64,000 nt of DNA from the human T2T-CHM13v2.0 reference genome, Homo sapiens, in NCBI RefSeq assembly GCF_009914755.1, contig NC_060929.1, one strand, 5' to 3'. Shown here piece after piece: positions 1-13,418 of this stretch. A program made the translations under genes and the position numbers. Position 1 is the stretch's first letter, and every line of letters begins with the position of its first letter. Under the pieces are notes generated by a model. The model worked only from the letters and a program-made list of their open reading frames with translations, had not been told where the DNA came from and did not search any database.

Positions 1-2424
1 CACAGATTATATCAAAAACAAAAACATTCTCAGTTTTATGTCAGTCGTTTTCCATAAAGAAGATAAAGCACACAGAACTAGCTCCACACACACTTCCTTG
101 CTTGCTTACTAATGGAAAATGATTGTTAAATGTAGGTTTCTGAGACTTTTGGAAGACATTATTGATTTATTAAGAGCAGAATATGGGGTTGGGTTTTTTT
201 GTACTTTTTTTTACTATTGTGATAAAGTGGTAGATTCAGCAATTCACACTTATTTACCAGGGATCCCTTAAGATAATCACCATCACCCATTTACAAGATG
301 GCTAGCTCAAAAGTGATGTAAAATTGGGGTTTTCCTTCATGTAAACTTTAGAAGCCTGAGCAGGCTCCCTGGCATTGAATGAACTAGCCAACAGTCAGCA
401 GCTAAGAAAGCAGCCTTCAAATAGCATGTTTGTGATCCACTAATACATGTAAAATTTTTCTTCTATTAATGAAAGAATCAGATTCAACATTCTAACACAC
501 TTCACTTATTTAAGTAAAGAGGTTAATGATTTTAGCGTAACTATAACTTCTACAAGGCATGTTACAATTTTGCTTCTGTCAGTATGAATAAAAGAGTTGA
601 TAAATTAGAACCACCACGTGTTGGCAAAAAAAAAAACCTGTTTAATTTTTCCATTATGATATATATGTAATTTATAATATATATGCAAGTGTAGAAAACG
701 GTCTAGTCATTTGCTTATCCTTCCCATCCATCAAAGGACTGACTGTTGTGATTTGGATAGTATTTCTGGCCAAGATTTTTCTCCACATAGGCATATTTTA
801 ACAGTAGGTTTTGTATTTTCCCATGTACAAGAAGGAGGAAATGGTGCTGCAAGGAAGGCAAAGGAATGGTACAGAGAAGGCAGAGGACATGGGAGAACAG
901 CAGGGTGGGTAGCAAGAGAAGAATTCTAAATGCAGAAAACAGCTTGTTTAAAAATCTTTCACTAAATTATATGTGAAAATACTAGAAGCCCAACAATCCA
1001 GATGTAGCAACCTAATACTCAGAATCACAAAACATATTACTGGAAAGGACACGGATGCCCTGTGTTTTAGTCCAGGGCTCCTTCCATTGTATCACATTGA
1101 CTAAGATTGTCTTTGCTTATTTCCAAACACAGAATAACTGCTTGTAAAAGCTCCACCAGTCCATAAATCAAGCAGGGCTTATGAAAGGACATCATGACAT
1201 AAGGATCTAATAACACTATTAACAATCTGGCCTCCAGTAATTTGGAAAACCCAAATGATGAACAGCTCACCAATAGTAACCCATGGCCTTCTCAAGGCTT
1301 TCCCATAGATACCCTCAAAGCCTTCTGTTAACTCTTGAGACACTGATAAATGGCAGTATTGTAATGATTTAATATATAGTACTTAAACATAACTTGCAAA
1401 ACAAAGGGAGACTGCAATAAGAGGTGGCTATTTCCAGGAACACACAGAAGATTCTTTTCAGCCCCAATTTCAACATTTTACAATATAACTTTACCAAAAT
1501 AAAATTCATGAAAACCACAGGCTAGTGAAAGAGAGAGAAAAATGAACATAAAGACACATAATTCATGATAATAGTAAACAGGGAAATATATTCTAGATTT
1601 GAGCAAGACTATTAGTAATCAAATGTTGAACTGAGTGGTTAAATTGTAAACCCTAGCAATGTATGGATTTAGTTTTCCTAAGTCATTATGTTTCTGATAC
1701 TTTAAAATATCTACGTGGAGCTAAGCTAGCTCCTATTAGTAACTAAATTCAATTCACAGGGCTCCTGCTACCACTGAAATATCAACAACATGCACAACAA
1801 TGTTCCTTCTAGGATACCCAGGCTCATTTGATTATTTTTAGAAATAACAATAGTTAGTGTGACTTCAAGGTTGTTATTAAAATCTACTCATTTAAATATT
1901 TTACTCTAAAAATAGATTTTATTTTTTAAGATCCTTGGTATCAAAAAGTCAAAACTGATTTGATTATTTTTTTTCTGTTGAAACCAAAATCGTATGTACA
2001 CAGAATTGTGAGAAAATGAAACTTTATCAGTAAGCTTGCACATGTATGATCTTTTTGGTAAGGACAATTGTAAAAAGAGGTCATCCTTAGGCATTTATTC
2101 AAAGTTAATGACCCCACAAATGCTACTGTAAAGTCGTAAGGGTCTGCTTCTAGGTATCAGCGTGCTCACCAAACACAGTTCAGGAAAACAGCCCAAGAGC
2201 ATTGGAAAAGGTTGTTCCTGAGTGGAGTCTTCTCCTCCTGATTCAGGATAAAAATATATTTTACACAACCCCGATCTGAATTGAATATGGCTACCTGTTA
2301 TCTTCAGAACTGAAAAAGAAAAATCCCCTATATTGACCTTTCTACTTATGGAAAGTCTCTCTGAAGATCTGCTGTGTCTTCTAGTCTGTCAATCATAGTT
2401 CAAAATTACCTTGATGTTTTTTAC

Positions 2425-2536
2425 CTGTATCAGAAAGGTGGCTAGTCTTACACAGGAGATCTAATTTTCGGTTCCACACACACAGGTCATTCCCACCAGA
2501 AAGCCAAACATCTAGTCTCTGAAGAACAGTTAAACA
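2425..2536 (-). CDS. WDR41: WDR41 coding exon 6 (CLTVLQRLDVWLSGGNDLCVWNRKLDLLCKTSHLSDT)
   Basis: TTTTGCAG|TGTTTA acceptor and CAG|GTAAAA donor; 112 nt, ends in phase 1. In frame with exon 5. Confidence 0.95.
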
Positions 2537-2589
2537 CTGCAAAATTTATTTGAAATGTATATCAGGTTAGAAACTTAAGCAGTCATTGT

Positions 2590-3096
2590 TCAGTGGTTTA
2601 AAAATATATCCACAAGTTCTTTAACCCCTTCCTTCACTAGGTGGAGCTTATTTCTCCTTAGTAGATCATGTGGGCACTACTAAGTGACTAGCTTCTACCA
2701 AACAGATTCTGGCAAGAGGAATGGTGTGTGACTTACAAGACTAAGTCATAAAAGATACTGTGGCCTCCTCCTTGTTCTCTCTTGGATCACGTGCTCTAAG
2801 GTGAAGACACTAAAGCAGTCACATGGAGAAAGGTCCATGTAGCAAAGAGCTGAGGCTTCTGGGCAACAAACAGCACTAACTTGCCAAGCACGTAGGTGAG
2901 CCTCCTGGGAGGCAGCTCCTCCACCGCAGTCAGGCCTTCAGATAGCAGGAGCCTCAGGAGAGGCCCTGAGCCAGAACCACCCAGATAAGATGCTCTCTAG
3001 TCCTAATCACAAACACTGTGAGATGACAAATGTTTATTGTTTTAAGCCACTAAGTTTTGAGGTAATTTGTTACTCAGTAATAAATTACTAATACAC
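2590..3096 (+). mobile_element. MLT1-family (ERVL-MaLR) solo LTR
   Basis: Characteristic 3' end TTTTAAGCCACTAAGTTTTGAGGTAATTTGTTAC...CTAATACA. Confidence 0.75.
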
Positions 3097-4792
3097 AATT
3101 GCTTAAACCCCTTTTTAAATCAAATTGAAACTATGACCTTAGTTTCTCTGTATCTTTAGAATAAATAATGCCCAAGTCTTCTCAATTCTATACATTTGGT
3201 AGTCAGGAAAGTGAGTGTTTCAAGTACCATATAAGCCCTTTACCTTTAATAGTACTCTCCTCGCCCACTGACTCTGAGTCAGACAAGGGCAAGAGCGAGA
3301 GAGAAGAACAGAAAATAAAAGGCAGAGGTTCTGGTAATCTTGCCTAGGCTGCTTTTAAAACTGTTGGATTAAAAAGAGTTGAAAATAACCAATGCAGTTT
3401 ATATTTCTAGTGGTCCTACCCTGTCTAATCTCTGAATTTTTAATGCCAGTGTTTCATTTCTTTTTATTGCCAAATAGTATTCCACTGTGTGGATATACAT
3501 TGTGTTTATTCATCAGCTGATGGACATATAGATTGTTTCCATTTTTGACTATTATTAATAATGTTGCTATGAACAATCATGTACACATTTTTATATGAAC
3601 TTACATTTTCATATCTCTTGGGGATATACCAAGGAGTAAGACTGCTGGGTCAAATGATAATTCTGTTTAAACTGTTTTCCAAGGTGGCTGTATTGTATCA
3701 TTCTAGATCCCACCAGCAATGTATGAAGGTTACAATTGCTCCACATTCTTACCAACACTTGTCTTTTAGATATTAGCCACTCTAGTATGTAGGAAATAGT
3801 ATTTCACTGTGGTTTTGACTTGCATTTCTCTAATGACTAATGATGTTGAACCTCTTTTTCATGTGCTTATTTGCTATTTGTTTATCTTCTTTGGAGAAAT
3901 TTCTTTCTTTCAAATCTTGTCTATTTTTAATTGGAGTATTTGCTTTTTTATTGAATTCTTCATATATTGTAGACACAAGTCCCTTATCAGATATACAATT
4001 TGAAAATATTTTCTCCAATTCTGTATGTTGTCTTTTCACTTTGAAGCACAAAAACTTTTCATTCTGATGAGGTCCAATTTATCTTTTTTTGTTGTTTGTT
4101 GATATGCTTTTGATATCATATTTAAGACACCTAGCCCAAGGTCACAGAGATGTACGCCTATATTTCTTCCAAGATTTTTGTAGTTTCAGCTCTTACATTT
4201 GGGTCTTTGACCCATTTTGAGTTAACTTTTGGATATGATATGTGGTAGGGATAAAATTTCATTATTTTGTATGTGGATGTCCAATTGACACAGCATCATT
4301 TTTTGAAGAGACTATTCTTTCTCCCATTAAAGGTTCTTGGCGCTCTTGTCAAAAAATCAGTTGGCTATGTGAGACTTTACTTCTGGGCCTTTAATTCGGT
4401 TCCATTGATCTGCATGTCTGTCATTATGCCAATATCACACTGTCTTGACTACTGTAGCTTCATATTAAGTTTTGAAATTGGGAAGTGTGTCTTGGAACTT
4501 TGTTTTTCCATTTTAAGATTGTTTCGGCTATTCTGGGTCCCTTGCACTCCCATATGAATTTTAGGATCAGCTTGTAAATTTCTCAAAAAAAAAACAACAA
4601 AAAAACAAGCCAGCTACAATTTTGATAAAGATTGGGTTCAATCTGTAGATCAATGTGGGTAGTGGTGGAATCATAACAATAGTAAATCTGATCCATGCAC
4701 TCAGGATGTCTTTCCATTTATATAGATCTTTAATATCTTTCAACAATGTTTTGTAGTTTTTGGTATATAAGTCTCATACTACTTCAAATTTC

Positions 4793-4915
4793 TTTTAATA
4801 GTGATGGGGTATTGCTATGTTGGCCAGGTTAGTCGTGAACTCCTGACCTCAAGCAATCCTCCCACCTTGGCCTCCCAAAGTGCTAGGATTATAGGCATAA
4901 GCCACCCCGCCCAGA
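4793..4915 (-). mobile_element. Alu left-arm fragment / FLAM
   Basis: GAACTCCTGACCTCAAGCAATCCTCCCACCTTGGCCTCCCAAAGTGCT. Confidence 0.85.
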
Positions 4916-5299
4916 CTAAATCTATTTCTGAGTATTTTATTCTTTTGGATGCAACTGTAAATGGAATTGTTTCTTAATTTTTGGAATGTTCATTGCTAGT
5001 GAATAGAAATACAATTGATTTCTGTGTGTTGATATTATATCCTGAAACCTTGCTAAATCCATTTACTAGCCTCAATAGTTTGGTTGTGGACTTAGGATTT
5101 TCTATATACACAAGATCATGTTATTTGGGAATAGAGACAGTTTTATGTCTTCCTTTCCAATATGGATGTCATTTATCTTTTTTATTGTCCAACTGCCCTG
5201 GCTAGAACCTCCAGTACAATGTTAAACAGATGTGCTGACAGCAGACATCCTTATCTTGTGCCTGATCTTTGGGGGAAATTATTTGTCTTTCACCATTTT

Positions 5300-5636
<337 letters not shown>

Positions 5637-7669
5637 TAGCCTTGAGATTTTCACAGAAGCCCTTTATTAGGTTGAGGAAATTCTCATCTATTCCTAGTTT
5701 GTTGAGTATTTTTATCATGAAAGGGTGTTGGAGTTTGTCAAATGCCTTCTCTGTTTCTGTTGAGATGATCCTGTGGTTTTTGTCCTTTATTCTTACTATG
5801 GTGTATTTCACTGATGAATTTTCAGATGTTAAACTAAGCTTATTCCAGGGATAAATCTCACTTAGTCATGGTGTATAATTCTTTTTAGATGTTGCTGAAT
5901 TTGGTTTGATAATATTTTGTTGAGGATAATATATGTTTTTGTTACTTAACATTTTACCACTAGCATTTTCCTCTTTTAATATTCTTCTGAAATATAAATT
6001 TTAGTATATATATCTACCATAATGTATTTTCTTATAAGACATTTAGGGCACTTCCAATCATCCATTTATAAAAATGTATTTGTAGTACACATTTCTGTTC
6101 ATAAATTTCTGCCCTATTTTCTGATCATTTCCTTTAAAGAGTTTTCTAGAATGATCACTGGATTAATGCATATAATAATTTATTTAGATTCATTCATAAT
6201 GCCAAACTACCTTCCGGGAAGATCATATCAATTTATAGTCTCAATATGCAATAAAATGCCAATTTCACTATCTCCTTGCTAACATCAACCCTTATAAAAA
6301 ATTTTGTTAGTTCAAAAAATAAATGATAGTATTTCTCATATTAGGGATATAAATTTCTTGGATAAACTATCTATTCAAGAACAACTGAACCACTGAACTA
6401 AATGAGTGCAATGCTATTTTTTAACAATTTTTATGTGAAACAGGATCACAGCAGGAGAAAACAGACACAAATATCTAGCTGATTCACATTACAGTAAAAC
6501 CCCTTTTAAAACTACTTTCACTATATTGGAATAAGATACTTTTTTAGTGACCAGTTCCTATAACCAGTTCATAACACAGTTTACCAAAAGGAATTTCCCC
6601 CAAATACATTAAATTTTTTTCTCTTTGTTCCTTCAAGCCACATATTTTCATTGGAAACTTAACGACCTTAGTTTTTCAGGTAGCAAGAATATTTTTAAAG
6701 GAATGTAAAAGGCACATCATTTCAGGTCACATAAAGTATAGAGATTTTAATCAAATCAATACTTTTTAATGCCTTCTTAAAAAATCCACTGTTAAGTTAG
6801 ATAGAAGTATATATAGTACATGGCACTTTCTTCCCCTGAAACTTGACTAAGTTGATATTTTGAACAGCACAGTGCCATGAGATGGCTACCAGAGATTCTG
6901 CCTTTTTGGGAAAAGATCAACTATTCTACCTATTGGCACACAGCAATTCTTTTTACATTAAGAAAAAAAAGAAAAGAGCTCCAATATGGAGATCAGTTAT
7001 CCTTAAAGTAAATGAGGGAACATCTACTGCTACTACTATCTTTTCCAAAACTTGCTTACATTACTAAAAAACAGTGGCACTTTCTCTGAACACTTAATTT
7101 CTGTAGGAATCACAAGCAACCAAGTCTTATCTATGTTTGTTTCTCTAAAACGTAGCAGAGCTTCTGTCATATCATTAGCCCCAATTAATAATTGTTTGTA
7201 AAAGGAATAAACCTAACAGTAACAGCAAATTAGCCAGGTAAGATTTTTAGTTTTGAAACTAAGTAACTGACATGTCTTGCCTTTGTGACCTTAGAGAAGG
7301 CAAAGGTCATGGGACAAATAGCTCTATATTTTAAATTCAAAGTATAAAGAAAACAGACCAGCTACTATTATGGTCATTCTACAAGTAATATCTCTTCCTG
7401 GAACTACCTACAAAAAACATACCAGGTACTACCTTTTTTCCTTATCTTGCTATTGGGATTATCCCTTGCTCTAATTTCAAATTGAAACATTCTAACACTT
7501 AATACATGTGCTCTCAAAAATCTGATCTTACACGAAGCAAATGACTACAAGTGTGTGGAAAGAAATAATTCATAAGACCCACAAAAGTAATTTCGTCTAA
7601 CTCTTTAAACCATGTCTTCTGAGACAAAAATAGATTGTCATAAAAACTCATATTTACTTAAGATTTTAC

Positions 7670-7732
7670 CTTTACAGTAGACTGGAAGCATGATATTCTC
7701 TGAACTTGTCTGGTAGTATCACCATCCCACAC
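7670..7732 (-). CDS. WDR41: WDR41 coding exon 5 (VWDGDTTRQVQRISCFQSTVK)
   Basis: TTCTTAACATAAATTTAG|GTGTGGGAT acceptor and AAG|GTAAAA donor; 63 nt. Supplies the WD dipeptide. Confidence 0.96.
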
Positions 7733-8457
7733 CTAAATTTATGTTAAGAAATAATTTCTAAACAGAATTTTAAAATCTTAATTATAACTTTTCTAATTAA
7801 CAATTAAGCCACAAATGTTAAGCAGTTAGAAAATCTTTAAATCAAACATAAAATATTTAGTGTTTATACCACCACAAAAATGAATTCATATAGTGAGTCA
7901 TCAACTTAGCAAAGCAGGCTTATAATCTAAAATAAGTTTGAGGTAAATTTTACTATCAAATTATTTGAAAATGCCAACATAATGAATGGTCTGAAGTACT
8001 GAATCTTTACAAGCACTAAATATTCCAACTGTTTAAAGTTTATTCTCCAGAATAGCCCACCATAATCTAATAAGCATAAAGTACTTATACCAAAAACTAT
8101 CATGTCCATTAATATTTACTGAAAGCTCCCTATAATATGGATAGCATGATTTACTACTGTTATCTTGATTCGAGAAGACACTAACAGTGTATTACTATTA
8201 CCTGTATGTGCATTTAATATAATCAGAGGGCCTCTCATAAAACATCCAAGTTCAGTTTGACTTAAGCACAGTGATTTTCAAACTTTTACACCATTTCCTA
8301 TAGTAAGAAATACATTTTACACCATGTCTGAAAACACATTTACATACATGTATGTACTACGTATACAAATGTATATGCATGTATTAAAAATTGAAACTAA
8401 TTTCACAAACTAGTTAACCTTATCATGGCCAATGCCTTTTGTTATATTTTTATTATA

Positions 8458-8882
8458 CAGATGTGCCTTGACTTAAAGTAGTTATGTCCCACAATAAACC
8501 CATTCTAAGTGGAAAATATCCTAAGTCAAAATGCATTTAACACATCTATCAAACATCATAGCTTAGCCTGGCCTAACTTATATGTGCTCAGAACACTTAC
8601 ATAAGCCTATAGTTGGGCAAAAAAAAAAGTCATCTGGCAACACAGTACACTGTAGAGTAAGGCTGTTTACCCTTGTGATCTTATAGCTGACTAGGAAGGA
8701 GCTGCAGCTCCAGGCTGCTGCTGCCCAGCACTGGGAAAGACTATCATCCCATGCATCACTAGTGTGAGAAAATATCAGACTTCAAAATTCAAAGTACAGT
8801 TTCTACTTAATGCACCTCCCTTTCACACCATCATAAAGTTGAAAAACTGTAAGTCAAACCACCCTAGGTTGGGGACCATCTA
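8458..8882. mobile_element. MER47-like TcMar-Tigger DNA transposon
   Basis: TA|CAGATG...TTGACTTA start with a matching degenerate inverted end GGGGACCATCTA. Confidence 0.7.
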
Positions 8883-9159
8883 TATTCTATGTCATGCTTT
8901 AGATGGAGCTAGATTATCATGAGAATTACATTTTATGTATATAACACACTAAAACTGCTAGCATACAAAAAATGCTCCCAGTAATTAGGAAATGTTTTCT
9001 GGCCTTATATTTACCAGAATTCTAGTAGTATCTCACAGCCTTTTCACTTATTTCACTATTCACAAGCAGAACATTTAATATTCAGTAACCTGAACTCCTA
9101 AGGCTATCGCTTTAAAAAATTATCTACCTTCAGTATTTAATTAAGGAAGTTAGTTTTTA

Positions 9160-9503
9160 CAGGTTGGGTATCCCTTATCCAAAATGCTTAAGACCAGAAG
9201 TGTTTCTGATTTTTTTTGGATTTTGGAATATGTGCATATACCTAATGAGCTATCTTGGGGACTGAACCCAAGTCTAAACACAAAATTCATTTATTTTTCA
9301 TATACACCTTATACATATAGCCTGAAGGTAGTTTTATACAATATTTTTGGTAATTTTGTGCGTTAAACAAAATTTTGACTGCAACCTGTCACATGATGTC
9401 AGGTATAAGATTTTCCACTTGTGGCATCACGTCAGTGCTTAAAAGGTCTTGGATTTTGGAGCATTTCAGATTTTGGATTTTCAGATTAGGGATGCTCAAC
9501 CTG
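9160..9503. mobile_element. Tigger4 (Zombi)-type MITE
   Basis: Terminal inverted repeats CAGGTTGGGTATCCCT / AGGGATGCTCAACCTG with TA target duplications. Confidence 0.85.
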
Positions 9504-10163
9504 TAGTAAAAACCCAAGCAGAGTAAATTTAGAATTCATTTGGGTAAGAGAGACTGCCAAATAAGCGGCCTAGAATTTTTTTCTAACAACAAAAATCACT
9601 CAGCAAAGGAAATGAGTCCATACTATCATTTACAGGTAAAATTCATAGTGACACTGTACCAGCTACTAACTTCTGTATGTAATTTTAATCACTGCCTCAA
9701 AATATTGCTATAGTGTCTTAGGAGTGGTCTAATAGAGTATTTTAAATTCTATTTTTGCGAAGATTACACTGATACTGAAAAAGAGAGCTTTATCCCATAT
9801 TTGCCTCTACAGAGTAGTAATAAAGCAACTCTGACCTAACCATCTGAGAGAATTTTATGCCCTTGTTTACATTGTATCATAATCACACACAAACATACAT
9901 ATATGTGTGTATGTATATATGTATGTATGTATAGAGAGTTTATCCCCATTTAAACCTTTTCTTGACATTTTTTCAGCTATGAACAATCTGTCTAGAAAGC
10001 ACTTCAGTTGATGAACTCATTTAAAGCATGTTCAAGTCTGTATCTTGGTTCTGTAAGAGCCTAAGAAACACCTATACTTTTGGGCTTACTCCAAAACTTC
10101 ACCAATGCTTGAAAGTGTTTACACAGAACTTTCAGATAAGCATATACTTTTAAAAATTAATAT

Positions 10164-10591
<428 letters not shown>

Positions 10592-10728
10592 TTATGAAGT
10601 GCAGTGGTTCGGGGCTCTGACTCTGCAGTCAGACTTGCCAGTTCTGCCCTACACTGGCTGTGTGCCTTGGGAAAGTTACTTAGCCTCTGTGTGACTCTAT
10701 TTTTTTCATCTGTAAATAAGAATAATTA

Positions 10729-11061
<333 letters not shown>

Positions 11062-11702
11062 CTAATTTTAAAGATTAAATGAGTTAATATATGTAAAACA
11101 ATTAGAACAATGCCTGTTACACATAAGCACTTTACTACTGCTATCCCATCTTAACTTTTTACCTAAAAGTATGGGTAAAGAAAAAGTAATTTTACTTTTA
11201 TAAAATTGTTTTTAATTATTAAATATTACACACTGAACAAACAGTAATTCACTTTTCTATCAGACTCAGATGCTCCAAAGATTTTTATGGGTTGGGACCA
11301 TTTGGTTTCTTCTGCTGTATAGTGGGGAAAAAAAATGTAAATTATTCTCCAGTCCAACTCATCGTTGTTTCCCTAAATTGAAAAGCAAACTGAGATAGTA
11401 AAATAAATTATTTTTAAGTCCACATTTTCCCATTTCATCAATTTTATACAACCTGATAGAGTAACTCTGGAAAGAACAGCAATAGTCACGGAGTTTCCAT
11501 CAATAACAAGCCTTAACCTCCTATTTCCAGTCTAATACTTTTCAGATACCTAATAAATGGTATCTTATAAGTAACAGAACAAAAATCATTTTTGCTATAA
11601 CAAGAATATACAGACAAGACCCTATCAGCTAAAGACTAATAGTGTATGTAGTGGCTCCTTAGGCCACTACAGCTTGTTCATTTCTTCCAGATTAAAGGAT
11701 AC

Positions 11703-11834
11703 AATAACTGTTCTATCAGCAGAGGCTGTCAAGATGAGTTGATTTTTCTCTTCACAAGATTCCAAGGAAGGAAATGTAATAATAGCTGTTATCTTTTGAG
11801 TGTGTCCATTCAGTTCTAAAAGTTTTTCCCCTGT
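11703..11834 (-). CDS. WDR41: WDR41 coding exon 4 (TGEKLLELNGHTQKITAIITFPSLESCEEKNQLILTASADRTVI)
   Basis: TTTCAG|ACAGGG acceptor; 132 nt; WD40 GH and TASAD motifs. Ends at the U12-type donor ATT|GTATCCTTT. Confidence 0.96.
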
Positions 11835-12882
11835 CTGAAATACCAATAAAAATGTTAATAGGCTTAGCTTTCACAATTTAGATAATCATAAATGACTACA
11901 TTAAGTACAACTACCATATAGAAGATACATATACATTCCATTTAAAATTACTTATTCAGAATTTAACTTAAGCAATCACACAGAATCTAAACAAGCACTG
12001 AAAGTACAGCCATAACTATAGTTTTATTTTCTAAAACAAAATGCTAATTTTTAGTATATTTTTATAGAAAATTTTGAGTATTTTTTTCTATAAATTTAAA
12101 AATATAATTGTGTAAATTAAGCATAAAAACATCAGTAACTTAGTTTGCAGGAAAAAAATATGGAGTCCTCATTGTCCAAGTATTTGTTATTTAAGTCTCC
12201 ACAGTTATAAGGTCATAGAAGAAAATAAAAGTCACCATAACAACTGTATATGTACCTACACACAAATAAGTATATATATCCACTCATTTATTAACCACTT
12301 AGAAAGTCAGTCTCCACTCCATCGTTATTTAACACCAACATCTATTCCTACCCATCCAGTGTCTTCATCCATCAGTCTCTGACTAATTTACCAAGTAGTA
12401 AACATGCAAAAATACAATGTAAATGGCAAATCTTTCCAAGATTGCAGGACTTCGTGAATGTGGTGAAAATAATGTTAAAGAACTGATTTTATCACAGGCA
12501 AAGCCATTGAAAAATAAAGATCTGACACAGTCAGACTAGATAACAATCCAAAATTAAGGTGAGAGGAAGATACTTCAAAAAAGAATAATTTGAGTAACAA
12601 ATGATCAGGAAGGGAGGCTCTGAAGAAACTGGTGAAGCCTTAAGTATTTATTTAAAAAAAAAAGGCTTTTGTAATATTAAGTCAAACATGAGAAAAATGT
12701 TACATTATGCTATTACGCAATGTTGAAAGAAAACTTGTGTGTCTCACAAAAATCAACACAATTCATTTATTCATTTTGGAAGTCAGGGCATAGCTAGTGA
12801 TAACCTAAATTTTGTTAAATAAGATTAAAATTTTGTATTTTTTGAATTTTCATACTTTGGCATTTGTTTCTTAGGAAAAAAC

Positions 12883-13154
12883 TTTTTTTTTTTTTTTTTT
12901 TTTTTGAGACAGTCTTGCTGTGTCACCCAGGCTGGAGTGCAGTGGCATGTTCTCGGCTCACTGCAACCTCAGTCTCCCGAGTAACTGGGATTACAGGCAT
13001 GTGCCACTATGCCCAGCTGATTTCTAGTATTTTTAGTAGAGACGGGGTCTTGCTATGTTGGCCAAGCTGTTCTCAAACTCCTGGCCCCAAGTTATCCGTT
13101 CGCCTTGGCCTCCCAAAGTCCTGGGATTACAGGCACGAGCCACCACACCCAGCT
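12883..13154 (-). mobile_element. Alu with internal right-arm deletion
   Basis: Long T tail then TGAGACAGTCTTGC; about 30 nt missing after GCAACCTC. Confidence 0.88.
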
Positions 13155-13369
13155 GGAAAAAAAAATCTCAATTTAAAAAAACTTTCCCTCTTCATTATGA
13201 AATACTGGTCCCCACTGTATATGGATTTATCCTAATTAGCTCTTTTCAAATATTAATGTGTCAATTAACAGTGATATGTAAATGTATCCCCAGATAGTAT
13301 TTATATGAATACATACTCAACTACATCATCATATCTTTATCACACAATCCACACATAATCAATACACAC

Positions 13370-13418
13370 CTGGGCATTCCACACAACTACAATTCCATCA
13401 TCACCAGCAGATGCAAAT
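13370..13418 (-). CDS. WDR41: WDR41 coding exon 3 (FASAGDDGIVVVWNAQ)
   Basis: CCAG|ATTTGC acceptor and CAG|GTGTGT donor; 49 nt. Completes the AG+A Arg codon from exon 2. Typical WD40 motif SAGDDG.V.VWN. Confidence 0.96.

Noticed and set aside
1-2160. WDR41 exon 7
   Set aside because: No segment encoding the expected continuation (recalled as ISALVEIPKN...) was found; it presumably lies beyond position 1.
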